Of a stretch of DNA of 64,000 bases, positions 38,646 through 50,474 are shown one piece after another. The translations under genes were made by a program, and so were the position numbers. Numbering within the stretch: position 1 is the first letter of the stretch; every line of letters starts with the position of its first letter. The notes beneath the pieces were generated by a model that ran no database searches, had not been told where the DNA came from, and saw nothing but the letters and a program-made list of their open reading frames with translations. This DNA is from the human T2T-CHM13v2.0 reference genome, Homo sapiens. The stretch lies in assembly GCF_009914755.1 (NCBI RefSeq), contig NC_060926.1. One strand, 5' to 3'.

Positions 38646-39044
38646 AATTATTATCCTAATGTAGCATAAACAAAACAAAACAATCAACGCACATGAAGCA
38701 GCTCAGTGAGATGGGCTTTTATTAAAAACTCCGAGGTAATAGTGAGAGAAGTTACAGCAAACTTCATATAGTGGCTAATTTAATACTGAATATTAGCATT
38801 CTTTCTCTTCAGAAAAAACCTCCCCAGCCTTCTCAACTACTCAAAATCCAGGTGCCTGCTGTGTTTGTTTTCCACTTGCCTACCACCATTTTCCATCTCT
38901 AATGATGCCAGAAAAAACTCCTATTGTATTATGTAGAGCAATTCAGTGGTCCCTAGCCAGGAACTCAACTCTGGACTTTCCTTTGCAAATCCAATGGTCC
39001 AGGGATGCACTGTGCAACAGATGCTTCCTCCAGGTTTTGCAGCT

Positions 39045-39470
39045 TTCCCATGTATTTGATAAGGTAAAGATGAAGTAAAAGTAACTGACCAGGCAATGCC
39101 TCAAAACACAGACCATATTTTCCCCTCCTGTAATGGGTCTGAGGATAGATGGGAAGTCCAGCTCCACTCCATGAGATCATTCAGAGAAGCAAGTTCCCTC
39201 CATCTGCTGCTCCCCCACCCCTGACTGGAGAACTGCCAGTGAGAATGAAAGGATGTGTGGAAGAGTCCACACTGGTGTCCACAGGACCAGCCCAGGAAGT
39301 TGCATGTGTGGCCACTACTCATATCCCATGGACAAGAACCTAGTTACCTGGCTCCACCAGCTATGCAGAGCCTGAGGAGTGGCCTGGCCTGCAAGCTTGT
39401 GCCCAGCTACAGTTCTGCCTCCATGGCAGAGGGGAGAACGGATTCTGGAATACGTCTCTCTGCTCTCAGT
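39045..39470 (-). mobile_element. MLT1I/J-like LTR
   Basis: gttccctccatctgctgctcc...ggaagttgcatgtgtggccactactcatatcccatggacaagaacctagttacctggc...tgtgcccagcta. Confidence 0.65.
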
Positions 39471-41189
39471 CTATGCAAGGAGAACAGAGGTTTCATCTGT
39501 ACTGATATTATAACCAGGGTATGGAATGCATGACTGGTGGGCTGGGATCAAATGCAGCTTTAGTTTGTCCCCTATTCCCCTTTCAAGGTTACTCAGTGCT
39601 GGTGACTTTGCCGTGCCCCTGGGTGAAACTGTCAGACCCACAGCCTCTCTTTCTGTTCTTGGGTAATAGACCATTGTAGGGACTTTAAATCCCAGTTCAG
39701 CAATTTGAATGTCGAGTCCCAGATCTTACCTCAATTTGGTGACAAATATTTGCCTCTCTCCCAGCTTGGCCCAGCTTTAAGGACATGAGTGGCTTTCTCT
39801 TAGTTTCTCCACCTTGGCAGGATGATGCTGGAGGTGCTGGAGGAGGGAGGGTCCATCTCACTCCTGCTGGCTTTGCAGGGAGCTGGCTTCCTGTTCCCTG
39901 GGCCTGGCAGGTATGGAGAGCTGACTGCATCCCTCGTGCTGGGATTTGGAAAGCTCTTCAGAGCTTCCCAGGTGGGTTCCTTGACTGCATCCCTTTGAGC
40001 AGCCCTGTGCTCCTCTGTTCTGGGTAGCAGCTAGAGACACCTCTGGCAGCCCGAGGAATGCAGTCTTATCCTGACTTCTTGTGGCTGAGATCAAGATCTC
40101 TCTGGCCCCCTAGGTGGCCCTGTTGACCCTAAGATATCCCACAGCTGGCTTTCTCTCCCATGGGGCACACACTGGATCCTTGGGAAACACATCCCCTGCT
40201 CAGCACCCTTCTTGCTCAGAACTCTTCTTGCTCACCTTTGACCTCTTGGTTTTTCAGGTGGGAGTCGGGACCCAGCCCTCCCATCCTCCAGCTGTAGGGG
40301 CCACAGAGCCTGTAGCAGGGGGTGGGATTCACAGCACAGTCTGTGGTATATAATCTGTGGTCATATCTGGATCAGAGTGCTCCAAAGATATAATTACTTT
40401 TTGTATTCATGGAGAGGGTGAGAGAGTTCTTAAGCAGTGGACAAGGTTCTGCATCCGACCTTGATAAATTCCGCCTTTGGGGATGTGTCTACAGATTCTA
40501 TGGTATTGGGTATCTGTTGTCTTGGTGCTCAGTTAAAATGGAAGCAGGAAGATTTCTGCCCTTCTAGCCTGTAATATAAAAGAATCATGCTGCTTGCAAA
40601 AGCAGCCACAGTCAATTTGGGTTTTAAATAACAATTTTTATCTCCCCGCTACCGTTGGAAATCCCCTGCATATAGCCCTGGCTACAGAAGGCAGACCCAA
40701 CAGGGAAGCCATCATGGATGTCCTGCCCGTCTGTCCCCTGCTTCCCCACAGCCCATGACTGAGAAAGCATAAAGCATTGGTGGGACCATGTCTTTGAATA
40801 GGATTTTTGTCTCCAGCTTTCTGTGATGTGGCTCACCAGGGGAAATAACATTTTCATATTGTTATGACCTGTGAATATTTTCTTTAAAGTCAGCAAAACA
40901 AATCCTTCAGATTCTGTGCACTTTTGCTGCCACATAAATTGTAATTATTAGGTCAGTGGAGTGGTAGCAGTTACGGGGAGCCCAAGGCTGGGATTGTTAG
41001 AGCCAATTAGTGCAGACCTTGTATTAATATGTTTCCACCTTCACATGCCAAGCCCTGTACAAGGCTATGCATTAACACAAGGATTTATGTTGCAGCGGGC
41101 AGGGGCTGAGTCCCACTCCAGCCACATGGAGACGCAGTGAGCCGTCTTTGTGCCAATATGTCTTTGAGCCTTAGAGCCTAAGTCTAAAG

Positions 41190-41305
41190 GAATGAGTTCA
41201 GCATACACTGACCAAGAACCTGCTGTGTGCTTGCTACAGAGGGTGACAAGTTTAGTGATGAAGAAGACAGCTTCTCACCCAAGGAGCTCGGAGGCAGAGC
41301 CTAGA
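41190..41305 (-). mobile_element. L2 3' end fragment
   Basis: ttcagcatacactgacc...ctgctgtgtgc...cacccaaggagctc. Confidence 0.45.
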
Positions 41306-42064
41306 GAGGAAGGGAATTATATACACCTACTACCAGCAGCCCACTCCTAAGACCACTGTGGACTCCTCAGCATGTCTGTACGGCTAGGTAGGTTCATCCA
41401 CCTCCTCTCGCCTGGGTGTTCCTCCTTACCTGGCTTCTGGAATCCCACTGCCCACCTTTCACTGCCCCTCCCACTGTCCTTCCATCTTAGGGTCCCAGGG
41501 CTCCCCCTCTTTGAGTCCAATCCTCAGCTCTTGTCATTTGTGAAGGTCCCTTCACTGACCATACAGATGGCTGCTGAGAGTGCACCTGTGGGGCAGTGAA
41601 GAAAAGGGGATTTGCCAGCAGCTCAGAGCTTGGCGAGCAGGTGTCCTGTGAATCACTCTTCAGAGGGAGGTGGCTGGGAAAAGCCCACCCAGGATGTCAC
41701 TGGGTTGGGCTCCTGTACAGGAAACCAAGCAGAGATATGTGATTGTCTCAGGAGTAAAGCTGTTTTCTCCTGTAATTCCATCACTGTAGAAAGACACCTA
41801 AAACTGAATTCAATTTACCTCCTTGAGGTGCAGAGTGCTTTTTTCCCCAACATATTCTGTATGAGCAAGTTGCCCACAGGAAAGCATTCAGTGTACCAAG
41901 TGCTGTGGGACACAGCAATGGGAATTTCCAACTCAGCAGCTAGTCACTGGAGGGTCAGGACTGAGATCTGGCTCTACTGACTGCAAAGACCACGTTTCTT
42001 CCCCTTTATCATATTGCCTGCCTGCTAGTGATACTTTCTAGTTGTTTCTTACCTACATACTTTT

Positions 42065-43008
42065 CAGTTCATTATTATTTGTTGTAATAAAAAACAGCAT
42101 TTACCATCTTAACCATCTTTAAGTGTACAGTATAGTAATGTTACCTATATGCACATTGTTGTGTGACAGATCTCTAGAGCTTTTTTGTCTTGCGAAACTG
42201 AAATTCTACACCCATTGAAAAACTCCTTTCCCCATTCCTCCTAGCCCCTGTCAACCACTATTCTACTTTCTGTTTCCAAGAGTTTGACTACTTTAGATAC
42301 CTCATATAAGTGAAATCATGTAGTATCTGTCCTTTTGTGAATGGTTTATTTCACTTAGCATAATGTCTTCCAGGTTCATCTAAGTTGTAGCATATGACAG
42401 AATTTCCTTCTTTTTTTAAGATGAGGTCTTGCTGTGTTACTCAGGCTGTCCTCAAACTCCTGAGCTTAAGTGATCCTCTCACCTCAGCCTCCCAAGTAAC
42501 TGGGACTACAAATGTGAACCTCTGCACCTAGTAGATTTCCTTATTACTTTAAGGGTGAATAATATTCATTCCATTGTATATCACAAGAGTTCCAGTTTCT
42601 CCACGATCCTCACCAACTCTTGTTATTTTTATTTTATTTTTTTGATAGTGGCTATCCTGATAAGTGTGAGATTTTATGGTTTTGATTTTCATTTCCCTGA
42701 TGATTAGTGATGGTGAGCATCTTTTTGCTTGGTGGCCATTTGTATGTCTTTTTGGTAATGTCTGTTCAAGTCCTTTACCCATATCTTAATCTGGCTTTTT
42801 TGTTTGTTTGTTTGTTTGCTATTGAGTTGTAAGAGTTCTTTCCATATATTTTGGATATTATTAGCCCCTTATCAGATACGGGGTTTGCAATATGTTCTCC
42901 CATTCCATAAGTTGCCTTTTCACTCTGTTGATCATTGCCTTTGTTGTGCAAAAGTTTTAAAGTTTGACAGCCCCATTGGTCTCTTTTTGCTTTGGTTGCC
43001 TGTGTGTT
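42065..43008 (-). mobile_element. L1MB-like 3' end with internal deletion and FLAM insertion
   Basis: tttaccatcttaaccatctttaagtgtacag...gatacctcatataagtgaaatcatg; ORF2 relic SLIIREMKIKT. Confidence 0.88.
42411..42532 (-). mobile_element. FLAM (free left Alu monomer)
   Basis: Single monomer ending cctcccaagtaactgggactaca...; TSD-like ag(a)atttcctt on both sides. Confidence 0.82.
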
Positions 43009-43014
43009 CGATGT

Positions 43015-43360
43015 TCTTAGAAATAAGGATTCAGGTACAAGTAGTTCATTCAGGAGGGCAGGGAAGACTTGCAGGAAAATGATGCAAAAGAGAAACTGCA
43101 GAATGATCCTTCCCAATGGGTGGAGGAGCTGGGTATTTGTGCACCATTTCCTGTCAGTCATTGGTTGGGGGTTGCTTGTGGGGGATGTTAATTCCTTGGC
43201 ACTTCTGATTTGCCATGCAGGGAAGCAGAACAGCATTCTGTGGTTCCAGCAAAACCTCCAGGTACAGAGATGCAGATGCTGGCAGTTTGGTAGCTTTTTG
43301 GAGCACTTGAAGTGGTGGGGTTTAAACAAAGCAAGTAGAGCATTGGCAGCATCTGCCACA
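43015..43360 (-). mobile_element. LTR16A-like ERVL LTR
   Basis: aaggattcaggtacaagtagtt...ggagctgggtattt...tcagtcattggttg...gttaattccttggcacttc...gcatctgccaca. Confidence 0.75.
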
Positions 43361-43389
43361 TCCCAAATAATCACAGGTCCTGGGTGCTA

Positions 43390-43822
43390 GTACTGATTCT
43401 GTTTGCATTGCTGTAAAGGAATACCTGAGACTGAGTAATTTATAAAGAAAAGAGATTTATTTGGCTCATGGTTCTGCAGGCTGTACAAGAAGCATGGCAC
43501 CAGCATCCACTTCTGGAGAGGCCTCAGGAAGCTTCCAATCATGGCAGAAAAGAAAGGGGCGCCAGCATATGTAGATCACATGGCAAGACAGAGGAGGCAA
43601 GAGTTGGTGGGAGGTGCCTGGCTCTTTTAAATAATCAGCTCTCAGGAATAATTGCAGGAATTCATAGCTCAAGAACTCACTTATTACTGTGAGGACGGCA
43701 CTAAGCCATTCATGAGGGATCCAACCCCATGACCCAAACACCTCCCACTAGGCTGCACCTTCAACACTGGGGATCAAATTTCAGCATGAGATTTGCAGGG
43801 GACAAATATCCAAACTGTATCA
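43390..43822 (-). mobile_element. MSTB-like MaLR solo LTR
   Basis: gcattgctgtaaaggaatacctgagactg...gccattcatgagggatcc...ggacaaatatccaaactgtatca. Confidence 0.9.
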
Positions 43823-43910
43823 GTCACTAACAAGCTATTTGACTTTGGATGTCATGTGACCCTGTGCCTCAGTTTCCTCAAAAGCAAAATGGGAGATTTA
43901 TAATATCCTC
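43823..43910 (+). mobile_element. MIR fragment
   Basis: cactaacaagctatttgactttgg...ctgtgcctcagtttcctc...aaaatggg. Confidence 0.7.
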
Positions 43911-44049
43911 TTTCCAAGTAGAATACAAACTCCTTAAGGCCAGGCACTCTGCTTTGGACACTCTTTTCCAGGGTATGGGGCTAGATCATTTGCACACTTC
44001 ATCTTGCTGCCTCTTCTGGAAATAACTTTAATCAAGACCTTTAGGAGAC

Positions 44050-44700
44050 TTGGGACATGCAGAATGCGTGTCTTTGCAAAAGACATGACAATGTCACCAT
44101 CCATGTGGCTACTTCTACACTAAGACATCTCTTGATGTTCTCAACACAGCTCTGGAAGCAGATTCAGTAGATGCTACTCGAGTCATCGGATGAAGCAGGA
44201 AATAGGGACACAGAGCTGTGTATGCACTAGGCGCTTACCAATGCTTGGCACAGCCACCGACTGAAATGTTCCCTATATTTTTGGCTGTATGGCAGGTGCT
44301 TGATCACAGATTCCCTATGTATGTGTCACTTTGAATAGATACATATTCTAAAGTGTCACCCACAGCCATTAAGTATGCAGAGATTCTCCTTGGAATGGGC
44401 CATTAACTACCATTTATGAACTGGTCTAAATCCCAAGAATGGTGCACCCAAGGATGACCTTGGTTCAGGTGTCAGTAAGTTATGCTGCACAGCATTTTGC
44501 TCATGCTGCAGTCCCTGGTCTGCAGGCGGGATAATTATCACACATTCAATAGGCATGTCCTTTCCATATTCATGGGTTTTCACTTCTTGGTTGTTTGCTC
44601 GCTTCCAAGTACTCTCTGAATTAGTCTCTCAATTTTTTTCTGACTTCTATAAAATGAAGGATTAATTTCCATCAGGAATCACCCATGTTTATAAATAATC
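44050..44700 (-). mobile_element. Putative decayed Gypsy-type LTR-retrotransposon integrase remnant
   Basis: Manual minus-strand translation across stops and frameshifts gives ordered motifs WVIP, FIL, STWKR, KDM, CDNYPAC, HPW, PIP, AYLMAVGD, VENIKRCL; no search performed. Confidence 0.45.
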
Positions 44701-45547
44701 TCCAAAAGTGACTTTTTGGCTGTTCAGCTTATATAGTTATTTTTGAGATGTGACAGGTCATGGTTATTACTTGGGACTTCTGAACAGGGAGCCTGATGAA
44801 ATTATTCCAAAGTTAGAGGTGTGTCTTCATGGTTCCCATTTTGTCCTAAGATTGCAACATAAGAACACATGGCTGAAAAGTTTTTTTTTCATTTTGATCC
44901 ATTCTCTCTTTCTCTGCATACTCTCCAGCCTCCTTCTAAGAAGCTTGTGAGTTTGCCTCTCTCTTTCTCATATATATATATATATGTCAACATGTGTGTA
45001 TACTCAACTTGATTAAAAAAAACAAGAAGAAATTGAGGTCACAGCAAAATGAAGGTGTACACATAAGATCTCCAGGGCAGGAAAGGCTGGTAGGTACACA
45101 AATGCTGGTCCGAGGGTCTTAGGCAGATATGAGAGATTGTTACAGATTTGGCTCTTAACCTCTTAGCAGCCAAAGCAAAGAAACACTATCCACAGAACTC
45201 ACCATGTCATTAGAGGATAAAATATGATTACTTAGCAGAAGCTCAGAGTTTTCTATTAGTAGGTGTACAGGTTTTTACAAAGGGCAGCATATCACACTGT
45301 CCTGGATAGAGCTATGATGAAATGCGGGTGGGTTTGTGCTGTGGGCTGTGTGTAGGGCGTGGCTGCTGTGTCTGTGTGTTGTGGGGGAAGGTTCGGGAGC
45401 TCTCTAAGGAGCTAAGGTCCATGGGAATGGGAGTGGGCACTCACACTGAGTGTGGTGGTCCTGTGTAGCTCAGACTGAAAGAGGACTTGGAGACCACCTT
45501 CCTGTGCAGGCCAGCCTGGACCTCTGACACACTCGTAACATGGCCCT

Positions 45548-45853
<306 letters not shown>

Positions 45854-46847
45854 AGAGGGCCCTGAGGAAGCACATGGCTGGGCTGCACCTGAGACTTTTC
45901 CTGGCCTCCACAGATGCCCCTGATTGTCTCCTCTTGCCCTGCACGGCCTGAAGGAGTTCCAGAGTTTCCCCAGTACTTGAGAGGCCTAGAACACATAAGT
46001 TGGAGGTCAGAGCCCATCCCCCACTGGCATCCTGTGTCTGACTCTCCACAAAAAGGAGGAAAGCAGGTACCAGACATGCCAGGGAGGTGTAGGCTGGCAT
46101 GGAACAGCCGTTTTCTTAGCATCATCATCAACTTGTTGATGACATTTGTTCAGATGCATCCGGGCGCATGAAATGATGTGGCTGGGCTCATCTTCTCAGC
46201 CACAGACTGATCTCAGGCCTCTTGGCAATCTCTTGTGAAGTGAAGAGACTTGAAGGATCTTTGGCTCTTGAGCATGTGCATCAAATCTGTCCCCCGAAGG
46301 CTAACATGCCTTGGTTTCTCCCTAATTGACAACCTCCACCAACAGTTTCTCCTTTGCTCTGATCATTTACCTGGGATTCTTTTCAGTTTCCAGAAATAAT
46401 GTTTTGAGATTGCAGCTCAGTTTCTGGCATTGCAGATAAGCAGCTTTTTTCAGGCTGGGCCTTGGGAACCTTGGCAGCAGCATGAACTGAGGGATGCCCG
46501 TGGCTGTGACTTTTGTGATGAGCGTGGCCTATGGTAGCTTCATCAGACGCTGCTACAGAAACTCCTTGTTGGCTATGCTTTTCGTGATTACTGTGGTCCT
46601 GGTAGCTTTTGACAGCAGCTGTTCCGGATGGATCAAGGCTGTTAGGGAAGTTCTGTTTCAAAGAGACAACTCAGACTCAGAGATAATTTCTCTGCAGGAC
46701 TGATCAGGCCTTAAGATATGAAATGTGTTTATTGGGCAGCTGCCAAGTGCTTCCTGCTGCATAACACCGCCTGGGGTGTGGAGAGCTTTATGTAAACTTC
46801 AGAGAGCTTTTCCTGACTTAATTTCCACCATGCCTCTGTGAGGGAGT

Positions 46848-47462
46848 ACATCAGCTAGAGCAGGTTTGTTTGCAAGTGACATGAAAGACTCCAGCTGACT
46901 TGATCTACGAAGGGGAGTTACTGGCTGGTTCATGTCACTGATATACTCAGCGGTAGTCCTGATTCAGGTGAAGCTTGATCTAGGGCTCAACAACTATCCC
47001 TAAGGTCCTGTCCCTAAGGGACAAATATTTTCCTTGTTCCTGCTCTGCCTTCCTGGACTAGGCTTCTTTCCTGAGGTTTATACCAAAGGCTGCTAGCAGC
47101 CCAGGAAAGCTTGCAGTTTCAAAATAGTTGCTGGAGTTCTAATCCTTACAACCTCTGATTATGTCATCCAGTGGAAGAGAGAGGGTCTCCTCTAGTAGTT
47201 TTTACAGAGCAGGGATACAGTCTCTATTCCCACAAAGCCCCGGAAAGTCTCCTTGCATATCCTTGGCTCTGATTAGTTTGTGTGTCCATCCTTGGGCCAG
47301 AAGCATGGAACTCTCTGACTGACTTAGGGACCCTCTCCTATGCTGGGGGTGGGTTTAACTTTATCAAGTCACAAGGCTAAGAATGGGAAGGAAAACAAAA
47401 GATTCTGTTCACGAAAGAGGGGAGTTTGTCCGCAGACCTGCGAAAAATGTCTGTTGGCTATA
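46848..47462 (-). mobile_element. Old MLT1 LTR (H-L group)
   Basis: tttgcaagtgaca...ttcaggtgaagcttgatctagggctcaa...ttggctctgattagtttgtgtgtccatcctt. Confidence 0.62.
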
Positions 47463-47599
47463 GGACAGTAAGAAGAGGCTTATACCCAGTCAGCAGAGGA
47501 GAGCCTGGGCTCGTCCAGGGTCATATAACAGGGGGATGGCGCTCCTGGGGGTGATTTTTTTTTTCTCCGCAGTTACCCTGTCAGTTCATTGATGCCCCA

Positions 47600-47695
47600 G
47601 GCCACTGATTTTATTTTTTCCTACTGTTTCTCCAAGATCCAGTATAATGCAATGCCCTTAGATGGTGCTTACCCAGTGTTTGTTGACTGACTGGA
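47600..47695 (+). mobile_element. L2 3' end fragment
   Basis: tagatggtgcttacccagtgtttgttgactgactg. Confidence 0.5.
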
Positions 47696-49344
47696 AGAGG
47701 GTAATTAGGGAAGTGTGGAGGGACATTGCTGCTGGAACTGGTGAAGCTCAAGTGGTGATTGAAATGGAGACCCAGGAAGTGCATCTGAAGGGATCTTGAA
47801 AATCTCTAAAGCAGCTAAGAACCTGGGCTTGCTCAGTAGAGAGTGAGACGTGCTGTTGTAGAAGGTGGGTGACGGTGAAAGGAAGGGAGCAGAATGTGAG
47901 CTGAGCTGGGGAGGCGGTTGCTGGGAAAGCCCTGGAGGAGGTGGCAAGCGCGGCTGCGCCTGCTCAGGTGAGAGCCTGGGCCGGACCCTGCATGGCACCG
48001 CCTCCCCATCAGCCCTGCACCAGACCCCTCTCTCTAGCACTGTGAAGAAAGACGGGACTGTTTTGCAAGTTAAGGCACAAGAGATAGAAGACACTCACAG
48101 CTGAGCAACATTTTTAGGACCTGTGGTGGTTAATGTCTTTGGAGCTAAATAGTGAAACATGGGTGGAGTTTTGGGTCCTGTGCTTTGAACAGAGCAGGGC
48201 ACAGAGACTGTTGATGACATTGACTTGTTTGCCTACCATGACGGTGGGGCTTGGGGAGGGTGAACTGCAGCAGCAGCCACGCGGACCCCGCAGGTTTCCC
48301 AAGGCATGACATGGGTGGGGTAGTGGACGCCCCCTTCAAGGCGTCTGCCACTGTAGATGTTCTAGGAACGGGATGCCCTCAGGGAGTGCTGCACCCTGGC
48401 CTGCGAGGGCCCCTGCAGCCTTCTTGCTTGCTCCAGGTGTGGTTCATGTCCCTGTTTTAGCAGTAGAACGTGGTCTCCTGGGTCCCCGCACCATCGCGGA
48501 GGCACTCCCCCTGCATGACTGCTTCTCAGGGCTCCATGCTGGCATTTGTTCTTCCCTGGTTTGAGTTTCCTTGACAGGAAACCACAGGAGAAGCCCTGGG
48601 CTGGTGTTCTCTCTCATTAGGCCTGCCTGCACCTCAGGTGAAGTGAGAAATCTCTCAGCCTCCCAGCCCCCAGACCCGTGGCTCCCTGTCTTCCAACCGC
48701 CTGGTGGGATGCCCCCTCAGGGCACGTTGGCAGTGCTGGCAGGGGATGCCTCCAGGCTCCTGTCTTTCTGATGTGCCACATTGACCTTGGGTGACCTCTG
48801 TTGAGCTCAGCTCCACTGAGAGCCACAGGGAGAGAATAAGCCAGGCATGACATCCCGGCTGTGTGGTGGCTGCCTGCTCCCCAGGGAGCAAAGGACACTT
48901 GGGGTAACTTTTCAGCCCCCGTCTTGGGCTGACAAGGCCCTGGAGACTTTTTTCCATTACGCTTGAAGAATTTTAAACAATGTTGCACATGACGTCTTCT
49001 GTGTATTAGGAGAATAAAGGTTGGTTTAAACCTAGAATTTTTTCAGAGCTGAAAGAATATTAGTCATCTTTTGAGTTTACCCTGGTCATGTCCCAGCTGA
49101 GCCTGCACTGGTAAGCTGCAACCCAGAAGGTAGGTGGGCTCCTTATATACTTACTCCTTTCACAAAGTCCTGGAGGTGATTTAAAACAGGAACACATAAC
49201 ATAAAACAATGTAAATATAAGAAGAAAGATTTAGGTCCAAGGAAAATAAGAACAAGTGACATATGTTGAGCCTGGAGAGAAGGCAAGAAGAGCACCCATC
49301 ACAGGTCCTGCCTTCTTGCTTTCAATTGAGCCTGACATTTGATG

Positions 49345-49363
49345 CTGAGCTCCCTGGTGGCCA
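49345..49363 (-). promoter_or_regulatory. Candidate CTCF site (imperfect)
   Basis: Reverse complement tggccaccagggagctcag versus consensus TGGCCACCAGGGGGCGCTA. Confidence 0.33.
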
Positions 49364-49419
49364 ATGTGAAGAAGAATTGGTTTCACTTTTCTCTTCAGAA
49401 GGAAATGCAGGTGTTGTGT

Positions 49420-49620
49420 TATGTTCCTTAAGCACAATATCTTGTTTCATCTTCATAACAGTCCAATGAAGGAGGTTTCCTTAGATCCAGTTTATAGATG
49501 AAGAAATGGAATCTCAGAGATTGTAGAGGACCCTCAGCTACCCAGCTGTTAGGTAGTAGGAATAAGACTGGAACCCAGTTCTGTCTGGTTAGGCCATGCT
49601 CTTGACTAGGAGGCTGCACG
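49420..49620 (-). mobile_element. MIR SINE
   Basis: ccagtttatagatgaagaaatggaatctcagaga...ctggaacccagttctgtctg. Confidence 0.7.
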
Positions 49621-49634
49621 TTTCTGAGGTGAAG

Positions 49635-49653
49635 GAGCAAGCAGATGGCACCG
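49635..49653 (+). promoter_or_regulatory. Candidate CTCF site
   Basis: caagcagatggcac (49638-49651), one deviation from CCASYAGRKGGCRS. Confidence 0.38.
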
Positions 49654-50192
49654 CTACTGTTATTTTATGCTCTTAAAGAATCCAAACTGACGCCCTGGCA
49701 TGGATGAATGCTCCTCTTGCCTGGATTTTCAGAGGGTGCCTCCAGAACCAACCCAGGCCTCTGCACAGGGCCGGCATGACTCAGCTCTCAATGACCTGCA
49801 GTCACAGATAAATCAGTGATGCTGTGTCCCCAGAGAAAGGCTAGGAGACACCCTCTTCCCCTTACCTCCTCCTGGGCTCCCCAGTTCTTGTCTACATTTT
49901 CGTAGGGTCCTTCTAAGGTGAATGCCCTTGCTTTTCATAATCCCAATTTCTCCAGAGGGCATTGTAATTTTGATGGGGAGGGTGGATAGTGTCATCATGG
50001 GCTGCTATTTGAGTGAGGGACACATACATTTGGATGAAAGCTGGCTTGCTCAGTGAATGAACGAGTAAAAGTAAGCCCATAGCGAACTGTAGATCAGGCT
50101 TCTATCATCCTTTTGTCATGCGGTGCAAAGAGCTCACCTTTTCTTTGAGCCAAAGAGAGCAAAGATAAGCTTCTGGGACAGGGCATCCCAAA

Positions 50193-50474
50193 GGGAGCAC
50201 CCATGACTTTGGGGGAGAAGACGGACTATGGGGACAGAATGGGGCACAGGAGACAGTGGTTCAGGGGGCAGCAGGGCCATACTCTGCAGAGACTGGGTGG
50301 GAAGGGTCTCCTCCCTCCAGCCCATGGAGTCCCGGGAGCACCCATGACTTTGGGGGAGAAGATGGACTATGGGGACAGAATGGGGCACAGAAGACAGTGG
50401 TTCAGGGGGCAACAGGGCCATACTCTGCAGAGACTGGGTGGGAAGGGTCTCCTCCCTCCAGCCCATGGAGTCCC
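50193..50474. repeat. Tandem duplication, 2 x 141 bp
   Basis: 50193-50333 and 50334-50474 differ at 3 positions by eye. Confidence 0.96.

Noticed and set aside
46494-46703. 69-aa ORF with a hydrophobic stretch resembling a small membrane protein
   Set aside because: No family recognised and no promoter or splice support; such ORFs arise by chance
47900-48520. GC-rich segment as a CpG-island promoter
   Set aside because: CpGs are scattered and appear well below island density; no core promoter evidence
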